This document shows positions 36,085 through 46,462 of a stretch of 49,861 bases of DNA, in pieces (the stretch's first letter is position 1; each line of letters starts with the position of its first letter). The notes under the pieces were generated by a model, which searched no databases, was not told the DNA's origin, and saw only the letters and a list, made by a program, of their open reading frames with translations. A program made the translations under genes and the position numbers. The stretch covers positions 1 through 49,861 of the forward strand of contig JBBRCK010000001.1 of the NCBI GenBank assembly GCA_038205015.1, in the 5' to 3' direction. This DNA is from Candidatus Levyibacteriota bacterium (lineage in GTDB: Bacteria > Patescibacteriota > Microgenomatia > Levybacterales > UBA12049).

Positions 36085-39000
36085 ATGCGTAAATTTAGGT
36101 TTAATTTTAAAATAATTTTCACAGGGCTTTTAATAGCTTTGATTCTTGCAAACCTCCTCTTACATTTTACTCAATCAGCCCAGGCAGCTTTAGGCATAAA
36201 CAGATTTATAAACTTTCAGGGAAAATTGGTAAATAATCCTGCGGCAACCAACGTTTCGAATACTTCTTACACCGTAGTTTTCACGCTTTATAATAATTTT
36301 TCGGGTGGTGATGTACTTTGGCAAGAAACGCAAACTGTAACTACGACCGATGGAATCTTTAGGGTTCAACTTGGTTCGGTAGCTCCAATTCCTGCAAACT
36401 TTAATTTTAACTGGTCAAATATTTATCTTGGAGTTAAGGTAAACTCTGATGCGGAAATGACTCCAAGAGTTCAATTATCTGCCGTGCCTTATGCTTTTAA
36501 TGCTGGGCAGGTTGCAGGATTAACTGTTCAAGATTCAACTGGTTTAGCTTCAACTTCGGCAACTTTACAGCTTGGAAATTCAACTACTCCCGTAACTTTT
36601 AATTTAGGCGCAAATAATCTTACGTTTACAACCGGTGGAACAACAACTCTTACTCTTCCATCCACAGGAACACTCCTTACTAATACAGCAACTACTAATC
36701 AAACTGTAACCTCAACCCAAACTTCGGGAAATGTTTTATCAATTGCAGATTCAACTGGTTTAATAAGTGCGATTGCCGGATTGACTGTTGGTTTGACTTC
36801 ATCTACTAATTCTCAGAACAAAACTGGCATTTCTTTTGATTTGTCAGGTGGAACCGGCGGAATATATTATGATTTATTAGGTTCTGGTTCAACATGGGCA
36901 ATAACTAGAGCAGGAGCATTTAATGCAAACGGAGCATATGGAAGTTTGGGAGATTGTTTGAAATCTGGAGGAGGAGCAACAAGCGCAATGACTTATGGAT
37001 CTTGTGGAACGAATGGTGGAGGTGGCGGGGCGTTTGCAGAACTAGCCGGTGCAATTGTTCCATTAAATTTAACCGAGGATTTTCTGTTAGGCTCTCAGTC
37101 AACAGCGGGCGCAAGATTTAGAGTAACAGGAGATGTCTTAGGTTCTGGAACACTAGTAGTTGCATCAATTTCGGGTAATACATCATTTGCAGCATTAGTA
37201 GTAAACAATGATGGAGTAGGGCCTTTATTTACTGCTAGCTCTTCAGGAATATCCAGATTCACAATTTTACAAAACGGAAGTATTGATTCAACAGGAACGG
37301 CGTCTGTAGCCGGAGCTTTTACTTTTAAATCGGGAGGAGGAACAATCCAGACAACATATAATCAGCCGTTAACAGTTGGTGGAGCAACAACAGGATTTAT
37401 TATTCTTACTCCTAATAATACACAAACATTGGTTATTGCGCCAAATGTGCTAAGCGTAACTGGTGCAGAAAATTTAAGCGGAAACTTAAACTTTACAGGT
37501 TCAAATCCTTCTATAACCAATACTAGTGCTAACACATTAACAATTAATTCGGGATCTACGGGAAATATTCAGTTCTTCTCAAGCTCAAATACTTTGTCAT
37601 CTGCCGGGGAATTGGTACTTGCAGGTGGTACTGGAAGTAATATTTCACTTTCAGGAACAACGGGAATAACTCTTTCGGGTAATTCAGCAGGAATTGCATT
37701 TTCTGGAAATGGAATTAATGCCATAACAACAGCAGTAAATCAAAATCTTGCAATTAATCCTGGAGGTTTTGGATTATTAGGAATAAATACCGATGGACTA
37801 GTTCCCCGTGCAAATTTAGATATTAGAGCTAATTTTGGAACACTGGCTGTTGCTTCAATTTCTGGTTCAACATCTTTTGCAACGTTGGTGGTAGATAACA
37901 CAGGAGTTGGAGACTTATTTACAGCCTCTAAATCTGGATTACCACTATTTACAATTAAAAATAATGGAAACATAAATCTTAGTAGTCCGGGAGATATAAC
38001 AATATCCAATTCCGGTACAGGTTTAACGTTTCAAGAAACCGGGGACACATTTGGAACGGTTGCTCTTAGTTTACAAAATAGAAACGGAGTTAATGGAGCA
38101 ATGTTCCAGCAATTAGGAAGTGTAGATTTGGTAGATTTTGTATTTAAGGGATTAATAGAACAAAGGAATATCAGGTTTGAAAACAGAGTTACAGGTAGTT
38201 ATCAAATTTCTACACCTGAATTTGAGATCGGTATGCCCGCAGATCCGACAATGTTAATAAGTGATGTAGGCGTAGGAATAAGAAAAGGTGCGCTTTTAAT
38301 AGCTGGCTCATGGAATAACGCTGCTACTTTTTCAGCTACTCTTGATGTAAGAAACTTATTCAGCGGTACTTTAGCAGTTGCATCAATTTCAGGGTCAACC
38401 AGTTTTGCAAGTTTAGTTATAGATCAAACCGGCGCCGGAGATATATTTGCAGCTTCAAGAAGTGGCAAAACACTATTTAGAATTACCAATTACGGGCAAC
38501 TTGATTTAGTTGGTGGTCAAAATACAGCGGATATCGATACGCTATCCGGAACAACTTTAAAGATTGGAACAGCGAATGCAACAACTTTAACCTTGGGAAG
38601 AGTAGGGCAGGGAATAACTTTGTCTGGGTTTACAAATGCTGGTGGAATATTTACAACCAATGCATCGGGTAATTTAGTTCAAACTGCAACCGGAATTGCG
38701 GCCCAATGTTTAATTTCTCAAGGTACAGGCACACCTACTTGGGGAAGCTGTTTCTCTGGAGCTGGGGCTGGAAATTATTGGACCTTAAATGGAGGTGCAG
38801 CGACAATATATCCTATAAATACAACTTTAGATTTTCTTTGGGGAGGAGTAGCAAGCTCAACTGCAACATTTAAATTAACAGGTTCAAACGCTTTAGCCGG
38901 AACAATGTCGGTTGCATCAATTTCCGGACAAACCTCGTACGCTGCTTTGGTAGTAGATAATAGAATTGGTGATTTAATTACAGCTTCTGCTGCGGGTGAT

Positions 39001-42000
39001 ACCAGATTTGTGGTTAGGCAAGACGGAAGCGTAAGTATTGGCAACGGAGCTGAAGTTAATGCAGGATTTACGTTGGATGTATTAGGAAGTGCCAGGATTG
39101 GAAATAATACAACCGGGGATGATATTATTAAACAAACAACTTCGGATTTTACTCAAGGCGCTAAATGTACGGGTACTAATTATTGTGTTACGACCGCAGA
39201 TGGCGTAGATAGCGTCTCAACTTCTGGGGATCAAATATCTTTAGTTACTGATTTAATCGGGGCAGGTGGAAGTCCTGTCGCTCCCGCTCCGGGTCCAGGT
39301 ATTGGTCAAACAATTGCCAATACGTCTTTAACTTTCCAAAGACCTGATAAAAAATTTGTCCTTTTAAATACTAATGGTACTAGGATTTATGATTCAAATA
39401 CCAATCAATTTGGAGGAGGAGCAATATTTACTACCGGAACTATCGGAGTCGGCGCAACGGCCTTCCAAAGGCCTGACGGAAATTTTGTGGTAGTAATGGG
39501 AAATGGAAGTGCATCTCAAATTTATTCTAATGCTCCTAGTGCAAGTGTAACCGAAATTGGAGCTTTTGCAGCAGGGCCTGCTTTATCCGGAAATGTTGGA
39601 GCTGGATCTGATGTTATTAGAAGAAGTGATGGAAGAGTTATAGTTGTTCATGGTGGCGGAGTTGGAACTACCAGCATGTATGATCCAACTACCAATTTGT
39701 TTTCCGTAGGACCGGCAATTGCCGCAGCAGGAACAGTTACTACCGGAGGCTTTATATTTGCAACACCATATGGTAAATGGATTGTGGGTCTTGGGACAAG
39801 TACAACCACTAATATCTATGATCCTTCACAAACCCCGGGTGGAGCAGGTGGTGGCTCGTTTGTTACAGGGCCAAGTTTAGGAGCTACTAGTGCAGGAGCA
39901 GGTGCTCATTCATTGCAAATGCCAGATGGAAGAACACTAGTTATTTTAGGAGGAACAACCGGTACGACTGTAATTTATGATCCAGATACAAACGCTTTTT
40001 CCTCTGGTCCACCTCTTGCTTCTTCGCAAACAGTTGGAGCAGGTGGCCATTCATTCCAAAGATCAGATGGTAAATGGGTAGTAGTTTTAGGAGGAGGAAG
40101 TACTAATTTACAGTTATTTGACCCATCAAATGGAGCAAATGGGACGTTTAGCACATTAACGGGCTTAAGCGGAGCAGGAGCCGGTACGGGTGCGCATACT
40201 TTTCAAAGACCCGACGGAATGTATATTATAGTTCATGGAAATTCTCAGAGCACTTCAACACTTTATGATGGGGGTTGGAATACTACCGGAAACTGGACGT
40301 CTGAGGATATAAATAGTACAAAAATATCTACTTATTCAGCTCTACTTTGGTCCGCTAATCCGCAAAGCGCAAATAATAATGCAAGACTTGATATGGAGAC
40401 AGCAACTTTTTCGGCAAAAACAGCTGATACTAAAGCTCGTCTTGCAACTAATTCTTGGGTCGGTTTTAATAGTAGTGGTGATTTAATAAAAGCTGTCGGT
40501 GGCGCTGCTTGGGTAAAAATTAGAATAGTATTTAATTCTCCAGTTAGGTCTTATCAGCAAGCCGTAACCGGTTATATTTTTCAGAGAAATATTTGGGCAG
40601 GTGAGGGTGAAGCCTTTTACAGAAGGTCATTTATACAACCAACGGTTTTTAGCTTTAAAATTATAAACCCTCTTGTTTCTTATGGAGATCCAACCGGTAC
40701 TGGAGATCCAGTATTTGGAAGAAATTTTGCAACTGCCTCTGCAACTTTAGAAGGCGTTGTAACGGATAATTCAAATAGATTAACACTTTCTGTTAACAGA
40801 AATCTTCCTACTGCAACAACTTCCGGAGGATTAATTATTGCGTCGGCTTCGGCAAATCTTGGTGCAACGGCAGCAATTGGAACTCATACGATCGAACGCT
40901 CAAATGGTACTTTCTTAGTAATAATTGGAGGAACAACTACTACCAGAATTTATGATCCTCAAACTAATACTTTTTCTGCAGGACCGGTTTTGCCGTTTAC
41001 TGCGGGAACAGGTGCACACTCTTTCCTTATGCCAAATGGCCAATTCTTTACAGTTTTAGGTAATACGACTAATAATACGGCCATATTTGATCCTCAAGCC
41101 AATCAATTTATTGCTGGTCCTAAGCTTTGGGGAAACGTAGGTGCGGGAGCAAATACTTTTCAAAGACCTGACGGTTTTTTTGTAATAATAAACGGAGGCG
41201 CAACAACTTTTACCAATATTTTAGATCCATTTACTATGGCAGTTACTCAAGGGCCGGGATTAACGGTTCCGATGGGAGCTGGAGGCTTAAATATAAGACG
41301 ACCTGATGGTAGAATTTTGATTGTTGGCTCTACAACTACGGCAACAAATATTTATGATGCTGCTCTTAATGCGTTTGTAGTTGGTCCTGTCTTAACTACG
41401 GGAAACGTTGCTGCCGGTTCAACTGCAGTTCAAATGCCAAGCGGCAGATGGTGGATAAAAACCGCAGCTGCAGTTAGTCAAATTTATGATCCTTATCTTG
41501 GTACATTTATAGTTGGTCCGACAGCAAACGGAACCATAAATGCTGGCGCATTAACGGTTCCAAGACCGGATGGGAAATTTGTGTATTTTTCCGGTTCAAC
41601 AGCAACTGTAATTGATCCTGCGCTTACCGGTGCGGGTGTTACTTTAACCGCTCCGCCTTGTACTTTAGCAGCAGGAAGCAATGTATTCCAAAGGTCATCG
41701 GGTGAATATGTAGTTTTATGTGGAAATGGTGCGAGTACTTTTATAGTTGATGCAGGGTGGAATATGGGGGGTACTTATACGTCGGAACAAATTTATGCAC
41801 CAAATCTTTCTGCTAACACAGTCATGAATTGGAAAAACTCGTCAGGACTTGGAAGCATTAATGTTAAATATCGAACAGCGCCAACTGCAATGGCATTGGG
41901 TATGGATAGCTGGTTGCAATTACCGGATAGTGGAAGTAAATTAACTATTACTCCAGGTGATGTTTGGTTTCAAGTACGTATAGATTTACAAGGAGAACTA

Positions 42001-43614
42001 CAGGATTTGCCGGGAGCAAAAACAAGAGTTTGGCTTTCGGAAGGAAATGGAGGATTGGCTCAATACTACCGCCAAATTCAAGCTCCAATTTTACAATATT
42101 GGAGTCTAATAAACCAAAAAGATCCATCGATACTTACTTTAACAAGCGCTGGGACAAATATTTTTAGATTTACTGCGGATGGTCAGGCATTTACATCAGA
42201 CAAGGGCGCATGGAATAGTGGCGGTGCAGATTTGGCAGAGCGTTATACTTCAACGCAAGCTTTACAAGCCGGTGATGTGGTAATAGGAGATAGATATAAT
42301 CCGCAAAACGTAATGCGCTCAACCGATTCATATCAGTCCAACATTATGGGAGTTGTTTCAACTACTCCTGGATTTGTGGCTGGTGCCTATACGCCAAATT
42401 CGTATCCTATTGCTCTGGTTGGACGTGTGCCGGTTAAAATATCTAATGAAAATGGAGAAGTTCACTCAGGAGACTACTTAACATCAGCATCGATTCCAGG
42501 ATACGCAATGAAAGCAACTGTTGCAGGGCGGGTATTGGGTACTGCACTTGAAGATTTTAATTCATCTACAGATTCAGCGCAACTTACGTGTCCAATGTCT
42601 GGGGCTGGAAATCTTTCTACAACCAATTGCGGAACAATTATGGCATTTATTAATCTAACTAACTATAACGGCCAAAATGTTGAGTTGGTTATGGCGGATA
42701 AAGGATTTACTTCTAAAGACACCGGCGGACTTTTAACCGATAATGGACTTTCGTCATTTTTAAATGATATCGAACCTAAAAATAGCCAGATTTTAGAATT
42801 CTTAAAAACCCTTAAAAGTGATTCGGCAACACTTGGCTCACAAGTATTTACCGGAAGACTAAGTGCTTTGGATATTGTTAGTACGAATATAGTTGCGGAT
42901 ATGATAACTGCAAAAACCATCAGGGCAGATAGAATTGAAGGACTGGAGATATTTACCAACCAACTTTCAAGACTTCAAGACCGAGTCTCAAGCTTGGATG
43001 AAAAATCTGCAACAGATTCAGCAGTGCTTGGAGCAAGCTCATTTAATCTAAGTTCCGACGGACTTGCAACCGTAGCGGCAGACTTAAATGTAAAAGGGAA
43101 TAGTTTTATACAAGGTGCATTGAATGTACTATCATCGATTACAACCCAAAACTTATTTGTTACAGACTTTTCTACTTTCTTTGGAAACGTGTTATTTAAA
43201 AAAGACGTATCAATAGAAGGAAGAACAACTTTTAATAGTGATACCGCAGGCTTTGCAATAGTAAATAAAGGATCAGATTCGGTAGAAGTTGTATTTGATA
43301 GTGAATACACAAATAACCCAATTATTACGGCAAGTATTGCCCTAGAAAAGCAAACAGATTCCGCATCACAAAAGCAATTAGAAGACGCAGTACTAAACGG
43401 AAATATTTCTTACATCATAACCAACCGTAGTACGAAAGGATTTACAATCAGGCTTAACAAAGCAGCAGGGGAAGATATAATTTTCTCATGGGTAGCTTTA
43501 TCAATTAAAGATGCAAAAATACAAAGCTCAAATTCTAATAAATCAAGCGTTGAAGCAAATCCATCTGCGACAAAATCGGCAGCTTTTCAGTCGATTCTTA
43601 ACTTATTAAAATAA
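36085..43614 (+). CDS. Giant (2509 aa) secreted tail-fibre-like adhesin with Kelch-like propellers and Peptidase_G2-like autocleavage/chaperone domain
   Basis: Signal peptide; FINFQGKL...LWQE...DGIF...MTPRVQL domain; four VASISGxTSFAxLVV repeats; two arrays of G.H.FQRPDG...GG...T.IYDP repeats; GGADLAERY...GVVST.PG...PIALVGRVPVK.S.ENG...GD.LTS; C-terminal DTAGFA...FSWVAL domain. Confidence 0.85.
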   Translation: MRKFRFNFKIIFTGLLIALILANLLLHFTQSAQAALGINRFINFQGKLVNNPAATNVSNTSYTVVFTLYNNFSGGDVLWQETQTVTTTDGIFRVQLGSVAPIPANFNFNWSNIYLGVKVNSDAEMTPRVQLSAVPYAFNAGQVAGLTVQDSTGLASTSATLQLGNSTTPVTFNLGANNLTFTTGGTTTLTLPSTGTLLTNTATTNQTVTSTQTSGNVLSIADSTGLISAIAGLTVGLTSSTNSQNKTGISFDLSGGTGGIYYDLLGSGSTWAITRAGAFNANGAYGSLGDCLKSGGGATSAMTYGSCGTNGGGGGAFAELAGAIVPLNLTEDFLLGSQSTAGARFRVTGDVLGSGTLVVASISGNTSFAALVVNNDGVGPLFTASSSGISRFTILQNGSIDSTGTASVAGAFTFKSGGGTIQTTYNQPLTVGGATTGFIILTPNNTQTLVIAPNVLSVTGAENLSGNLNFTGSNPSITNTSANTLTINSGSTGNIQFFSSSNTLSSAGELVLAGGTGSNISLSGTTGITLSGNSAGIAFSGNGINAITTAVNQNLAINPGGFGLLGINTDGLVPRANLDIRANFGTLAVASISGSTSFATLVVDNTGVGDLFTASKSGLPLFTIKNNGNINLSSPGDITISNSGTGLTFQETGDTFGTVALSLQNRNGVNGAMFQQLGSVDLVDFVFKGLIEQRNIRFENRVTGSYQISTPEFEIGMPADPTMLISDVGVGIRKGALLIAGSWNNAATFSATLDVRNLFSGTLAVASISGSTSFASLVIDQTGAGDIFAASRSGKTLFRITNYGQLDLVGGQNTADIDTLSGTTLKIGTANATTLTLGRVGQGITLSGFTNAGGIFTTNASGNLVQTATGIAAQCLISQGTGTPTWGSCFSGAGAGNYWTLNGGAATIYPINTTLDFLWGGVASSTATFKLTGSNALAGTMSVASISGQTSYAALVVDNRIGDLITASAAGDTRFVVRQDGSVSIGNGAEVNAGFTLDVLGSARIGNNTTGDDIIKQTTSDFTQGAKCTGTNYCVTTADGVDSVSTSGDQISLVTDLIGAGGSPVAPAPGPGIGQTIANTSLTFQRPDKKFVLLNTNGTRIYDSNTNQFGGGAIFTTGTIGVGATAFQRPDGNFVVVMGNGSASQIYSNAPSASVTEIGAFAAGPALSGNVGAGSDVIRRSDGRVIVVHGGGVGTTSMYDPTTNLFSVGPAIAAAGTVTTGGFIFATPYGKWIVGLGTSTTTNIYDPSQTPGGAGGGSFVTGPSLGATSAGAGAHSLQMPDGRTLVILGGTTGTTVIYDPDTNAFSSGPPLASSQTVGAGGHSFQRSDGKWVVVLGGGSTNLQLFDPSNGANGTFSTLTGLSGAGAGTGAHTFQRPDGMYIIVHGNSQSTSTLYDGGWNTTGNWTSEDINSTKISTYSALLWSANPQSANNNARLDMETATFSAKTADTKARLATNSWVGFNSSGDLIKAVGGAAWVKIRIVFNSPVRSYQQAVTGYIFQRNIWAGEGEAFYRRSFIQPTVFSFKIINPLVSYGDPTGTGDPVFGRNFATASATLEGVVTDNSNRLTLSVNRNLPTATTSGGLIIASASANLGATAAIGTHTIERSNGTFLVIIGGTTTTRIYDPQTNTFSAGPVLPFTAGTGAHSFLMPNGQFFTVLGNTTNNTAIFDPQANQFIAGPKLWGNVGAGANTFQRPDGFFVIINGGATTFTNILDPFTMAVTQGPGLTVPMGAGGLNIRRPDGRILIVGSTTTATNIYDAALNAFVVGPVLTTGNVAAGSTAVQMPSGRWWIKTAAAVSQIYDPYLGTFIVGPTANGTINAGALTVPRPDGKFVYFSGSTATVIDPALTGAGVTLTAPPCTLAAGSNVFQRSSGEYVVLCGNGASTFIVDAGWNMGGTYTSEQIYAPNLSANTVMNWKNSSGLGSINVKYRTAPTAMALGMDSWLQLPDSGSKLTITPGDVWFQVRIDLQGELQDLPGAKTRVWLSEGNGGLAQYYRQIQAPILQYWSLINQKDPSILTLTSAGTNIFRFTADGQAFTSDKGAWNSGGADLAERYTSTQALQAGDVVIGDRYNPQNVMRSTDSYQSNIMGVVSTTPGFVAGAYTPNSYPIALVGRVPVKISNENGEVHSGDYLTSASIPGYAMKATVAGRVLGTALEDFNSSTDSAQLTCPMSGAGNLSTTNCGTIMAFINLTNYNGQNVELVMADKGFTSKDTGGLLTDNGLSSFLNDIEPKNSQILEFLKTLKSDSATLGSQVFTGRLSALDIVSTNIVADMITAKTIRADRIEGLEIFTNQLSRLQDRVSSLDEKSATDSAVLGASSFNLSSDGLATVAADLNVKGNSFIQGALNVLSSITTQNLFVTDFSTFFGNVLFKKDVSIEGRTTFNSDTAGFAIVNKGSDSVEVVFDSEYTNNPIITASIALEKQTDSASQKQLEDAVLNGNISYIITNRSTKGFTIRLNKAAGEDIIFSWVALSIKDAKIQSSNSNKSSVEANPSATKSAAFQSILNLLK

Positions 43615-43621
43615 TAGAAAT

Positions 43622-46381
43622 TTAAGAAGAGAGATTTCGTGGTTTATAAATAAATAAAATCAAAGCAAGAATGTTAAAAATAGTAATTGTTAGATAGGGG
43701 AAAGTTCTGGCAATTCCAAAAGTAAACGTAAAGTAGACTTCAAAAATCACCGTAATTATAAGTAGATACTCAAGGCTTAATCCAAAAAAGTCTTCCAGAT
43801 AATGCTCAAAAAGTAAAACAATATTAGTTTTATCTATATCGGTTTTTTGGATTTTAATTTCAATTGGCATATTATTTAATTTGTCCAACGCATACTCAAG
43901 GTTTTCGCTTGGTAAATAGTCTTTTTTAACGACGTTAATTTTAAAGTTTTCGGTATTAAGTTTGCCGATATAAAATTCTCCCAACTTATTAGTTGTTAAG
44001 TGAGCAAGAATTTTGTTTTTTGTAGTATCAATGATGTAAACATTGGCTTTGGAAACCGGATTTTTATTTTCTTCATCAATAATCTTTCCAAAGACAACGT
44101 CTTTTTTATTTTTAGACATTAAAACTTTTATTTTAAAGATGAAAAAATAGGGAATAGCTAAAAGAGGAATATGAGTTTTAAAAGAAAAAGAAACAAGGGC
44201 AATAATTACAAACATAAGCAAAGTAAAGCTAGTCATAAAGTTGAAGAATCGGTTGGAAATTGAATATACCCTAACAAATCTTTGACTGGCGGTAACAGCA
44301 TCGGTAAAGGTGTTTGAATAGTATCTGATGAAATTAGCAATACTAAAAGATTGTGAATCTAAGGCTATTTTTGGATAATTTAGGGCATATGGTCCGACTT
44401 CAAATTCCAGTGTTTTGTCGTTATAGCCGATTCCCGAAACGCTCGCTTTATATTTTCCAATCGGTAAAACAATATCAACTGTTCCATCGGGATTAGAATA
44501 ACTGGGGTTTTCAATTTGCAAAACCTCAGGGGAAATTACGTCATAAACTTTGGATTTTTCATTATAAAGAGAAAGTAGAATTCTGGCATTTTCAATTGGG
44601 TCGCCCTTTTTGTCCACAATTAAAAACTTATCGGTTACAATAACTTCAGCAATTTTTTGCTCCTTAATGTTTCCGTAAAAATCAACGATTCTTATCATTA
44701 GCTCATAAATTCCCTTTTCTGGCTGGCTTTTAAGTTTTCCCGTATAAATTCCTGGCTGAATTTCAACCAAATCAGCAAAATTTGAATATGCTTGGTTTTC
44801 ATCAATCGTGTTAAATCCCAAGACGTTTTTATTCTTAACAAAAGCCTGAATTGTTTTAACCAGTGCGTATTTGTCTAAAGCAAATTGGATTTCAAAAACA
44901 GTTGATTTTGGAACAACAATGTAATTTAATCCATTGGGTTTTTCAACTGTAACCGTTGGGTTTAACAATATATTTTTGTTGCTGGTTGCAATTAACGAAT
45001 TAAGATTAACTGAAGGAGCGGTGGATATTTTGGCTGTTTTAAGAGTGAAAATATCTGATTTAACCGTATTTCCACTGCTGTCTGTTGCAATTATTTTAAA
45101 GAAATAGTTTGTGTCTGGCGTTAAATCGTTTAATGTAATTAAATCTTGAGTTTTAGGAATAATTGTTTTTACCGATTTTGATAAGCTAGTAATAGAAGTA
45201 CCGTAATAAAGAGTAAGTGTGGTATTTTTAGTGGTTGATACAGAAATAGTAGCGCTGGAGAAGGAAATTGAGTTAATAGAAATGTCGGAGAAAGCTAAGG
45301 GTATCTTGGTTGGCAGGTTAGTCGGAGTCGGAGTTGTGGTAGTTGATGTGGATGGCACTGAAGTGGGAGTAGCAGTAATAGGAGTTACGGTTGGAACAAG
45401 CGATGCTTGATAAAGATAGTTTTGAGTTAATGATGTGTCGGGCGTGATAGTCGAGCCGGAAGCAGAGTGAGCAGAAACATCAAAACTGACTAAACTTGTT
45501 CCTGTATAACTTGAATTTGTTTTTAAGCTAAAGTTTACGGTTTGGTTGGTAGTTCCTCCAGGAATAGAATTAATTGTCCAGGTAATTGTTCTATTAACAG
45601 TATCTATAACCGGAGTAGTTCCGCCATAGGCGCTGGTTGCGCTTCCCACAACATAGTCTAAAATATCAACAGAGGGTGTTGGAGACCCCTGTACAGTTCC
45701 TTGACTCCAAGAAGCTTGAATTGTTAACGGAAATGATGGAGTAGTACTAAGGCCATAGGTAATTTGATATTGAATGGTTGAATTTTCGGAAAATTGTGTT
45801 CCGGGAGTTAAAGATGCAATTGATATTGGAAGATCAGAAATATGTGGGTCAATAGTTGCTGTAATAGCAATTTGGTCGTTAGAAATAATAGACAGTAAAT
45901 TATAAGAGGAAGAGTCTATTGTTGTGTTTAAGTTGTCTTTTGTCGTAATTGTTCCAAAATTATTATCGCCCGTTGGTCCAGTTTGTGATAATGGGGATGA
46001 AAAATTAAAGCAATAAAGCGCACTAGATATTAAATCTCCACTTGAGAAAGTTACATTTTGACCAGAAACGCTTATTGCTGTTGGTCCAATTGAAGGCCAC
46101 GAACTTGAACCGCTTGGCAAATTAGTAGTAGTAGTAGTCCAATTAGATGCGTTTAAAGAAATTATAAAACTTGAGGGAAAAGCCACACTGATTGAATTCT
46201 CTATACCTGCTCCCGCAGAAGAAGCCTGTGCGCAAGTAGTTCCAGAAAGGAGAGTATTTGCAACTTGACGGTCTAATCTAACATATCCTGAACCAAAAGA
46301 AGAGGCGTTTGCGCCTTTTGTACAATAAAAAAAAGAAAAAAGTATTAAAAAAGATAAAAAGATTCCGAGCAGCTTTCTCAT
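43622..46381 (-). CDS. Multi-domain membrane-anchored surface protein (pilin-like N-domain, Ig/FN3, carboxypeptidase-regulatory-like, TMs)
   Basis: N-domain GYVRLDRQ...C...YCFNF, homologous to 32873..33970; FN3 motif LTPDTNYFFKI; GKIIDEENKNPVSKANV; several C-terminal TMs. Confidence 0.8.
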   Translation of the reverse strand: MRKLLGIFLSFLILFSFFYCTKGANASSFGSGYVRLDRQVANTLLSGTTCAQASSAGAGIENSISVAFPSSFIISLNASNWTTTTTNLPSGSSSWPSIGPTAISVSGQNVTFSSGDLISSALYCFNFSSPLSQTGPTGDNNFGTITTKDNLNTTIDSSSYNLLSIISNDQIAITATIDPHISDLPISIASLTPGTQFSENSTIQYQITYGLSTTPSFPLTIQASWSQGTVQGSPTPSVDILDYVVGSATSAYGGTTPVIDTVNRTITWTINSIPGGTTNQTVNFSLKTNSSYTGTSLVSFDVSAHSASGSTITPDTSLTQNYLYQASLVPTVTPITATPTSVPSTSTTTTPTPTNLPTKIPLAFSDISINSISFSSATISVSTTKNTTLTLYYGTSITSLSKSVKTIIPKTQDLITLNDLTPDTNYFFKIIATDSSGNTVKSDIFTLKTAKISTAPSVNLNSLIATSNKNILLNPTVTVEKPNGLNYIVVPKSTVFEIQFALDKYALVKTIQAFVKNKNVLGFNTIDENQAYSNFADLVEIQPGIYTGKLKSQPEKGIYELMIRIVDFYGNIKEQKIAEVIVTDKFLIVDKKGDPIENARILLSLYNEKSKVYDVISPEVLQIENPSYSNPDGTVDIVLPIGKYKASVSGIGYNDKTLEFEVGPYALNYPKIALDSQSFSIANFIRYYSNTFTDAVTASQRFVRVYSISNRFFNFMTSFTLLMFVIIALVSFSFKTHIPLLAIPYFFIFKIKVLMSKNKKDVVFGKIIDEENKNPVSKANVYIIDTTKNKILAHLTTNKLGEFYIGKLNTENFKINVVKKDYLPSENLEYALDKLNNMPIEIKIQKTDIDKTNIVLLFEHYLEDFFGLSLEYLLIITVIFEVYFTFTFGIARTFPYLTITIFNILALILFIYKPRNLSS

Positions 46382-46462
46382 CTAATATTTACTTTACACG
46401 AAATGACTCTTTCAATCAATAATTATTGACAAACACAAGCTTTTAACTTTATTATATAGAAT

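Noticed and set aside
37150-41770. CRISPR array or DNA-level tandem repeat within the giant gene
   Set aside because: The repeats are degenerate protein-level repeats inside an open frame, with no constant repeat-spacer structure and no cas genes.
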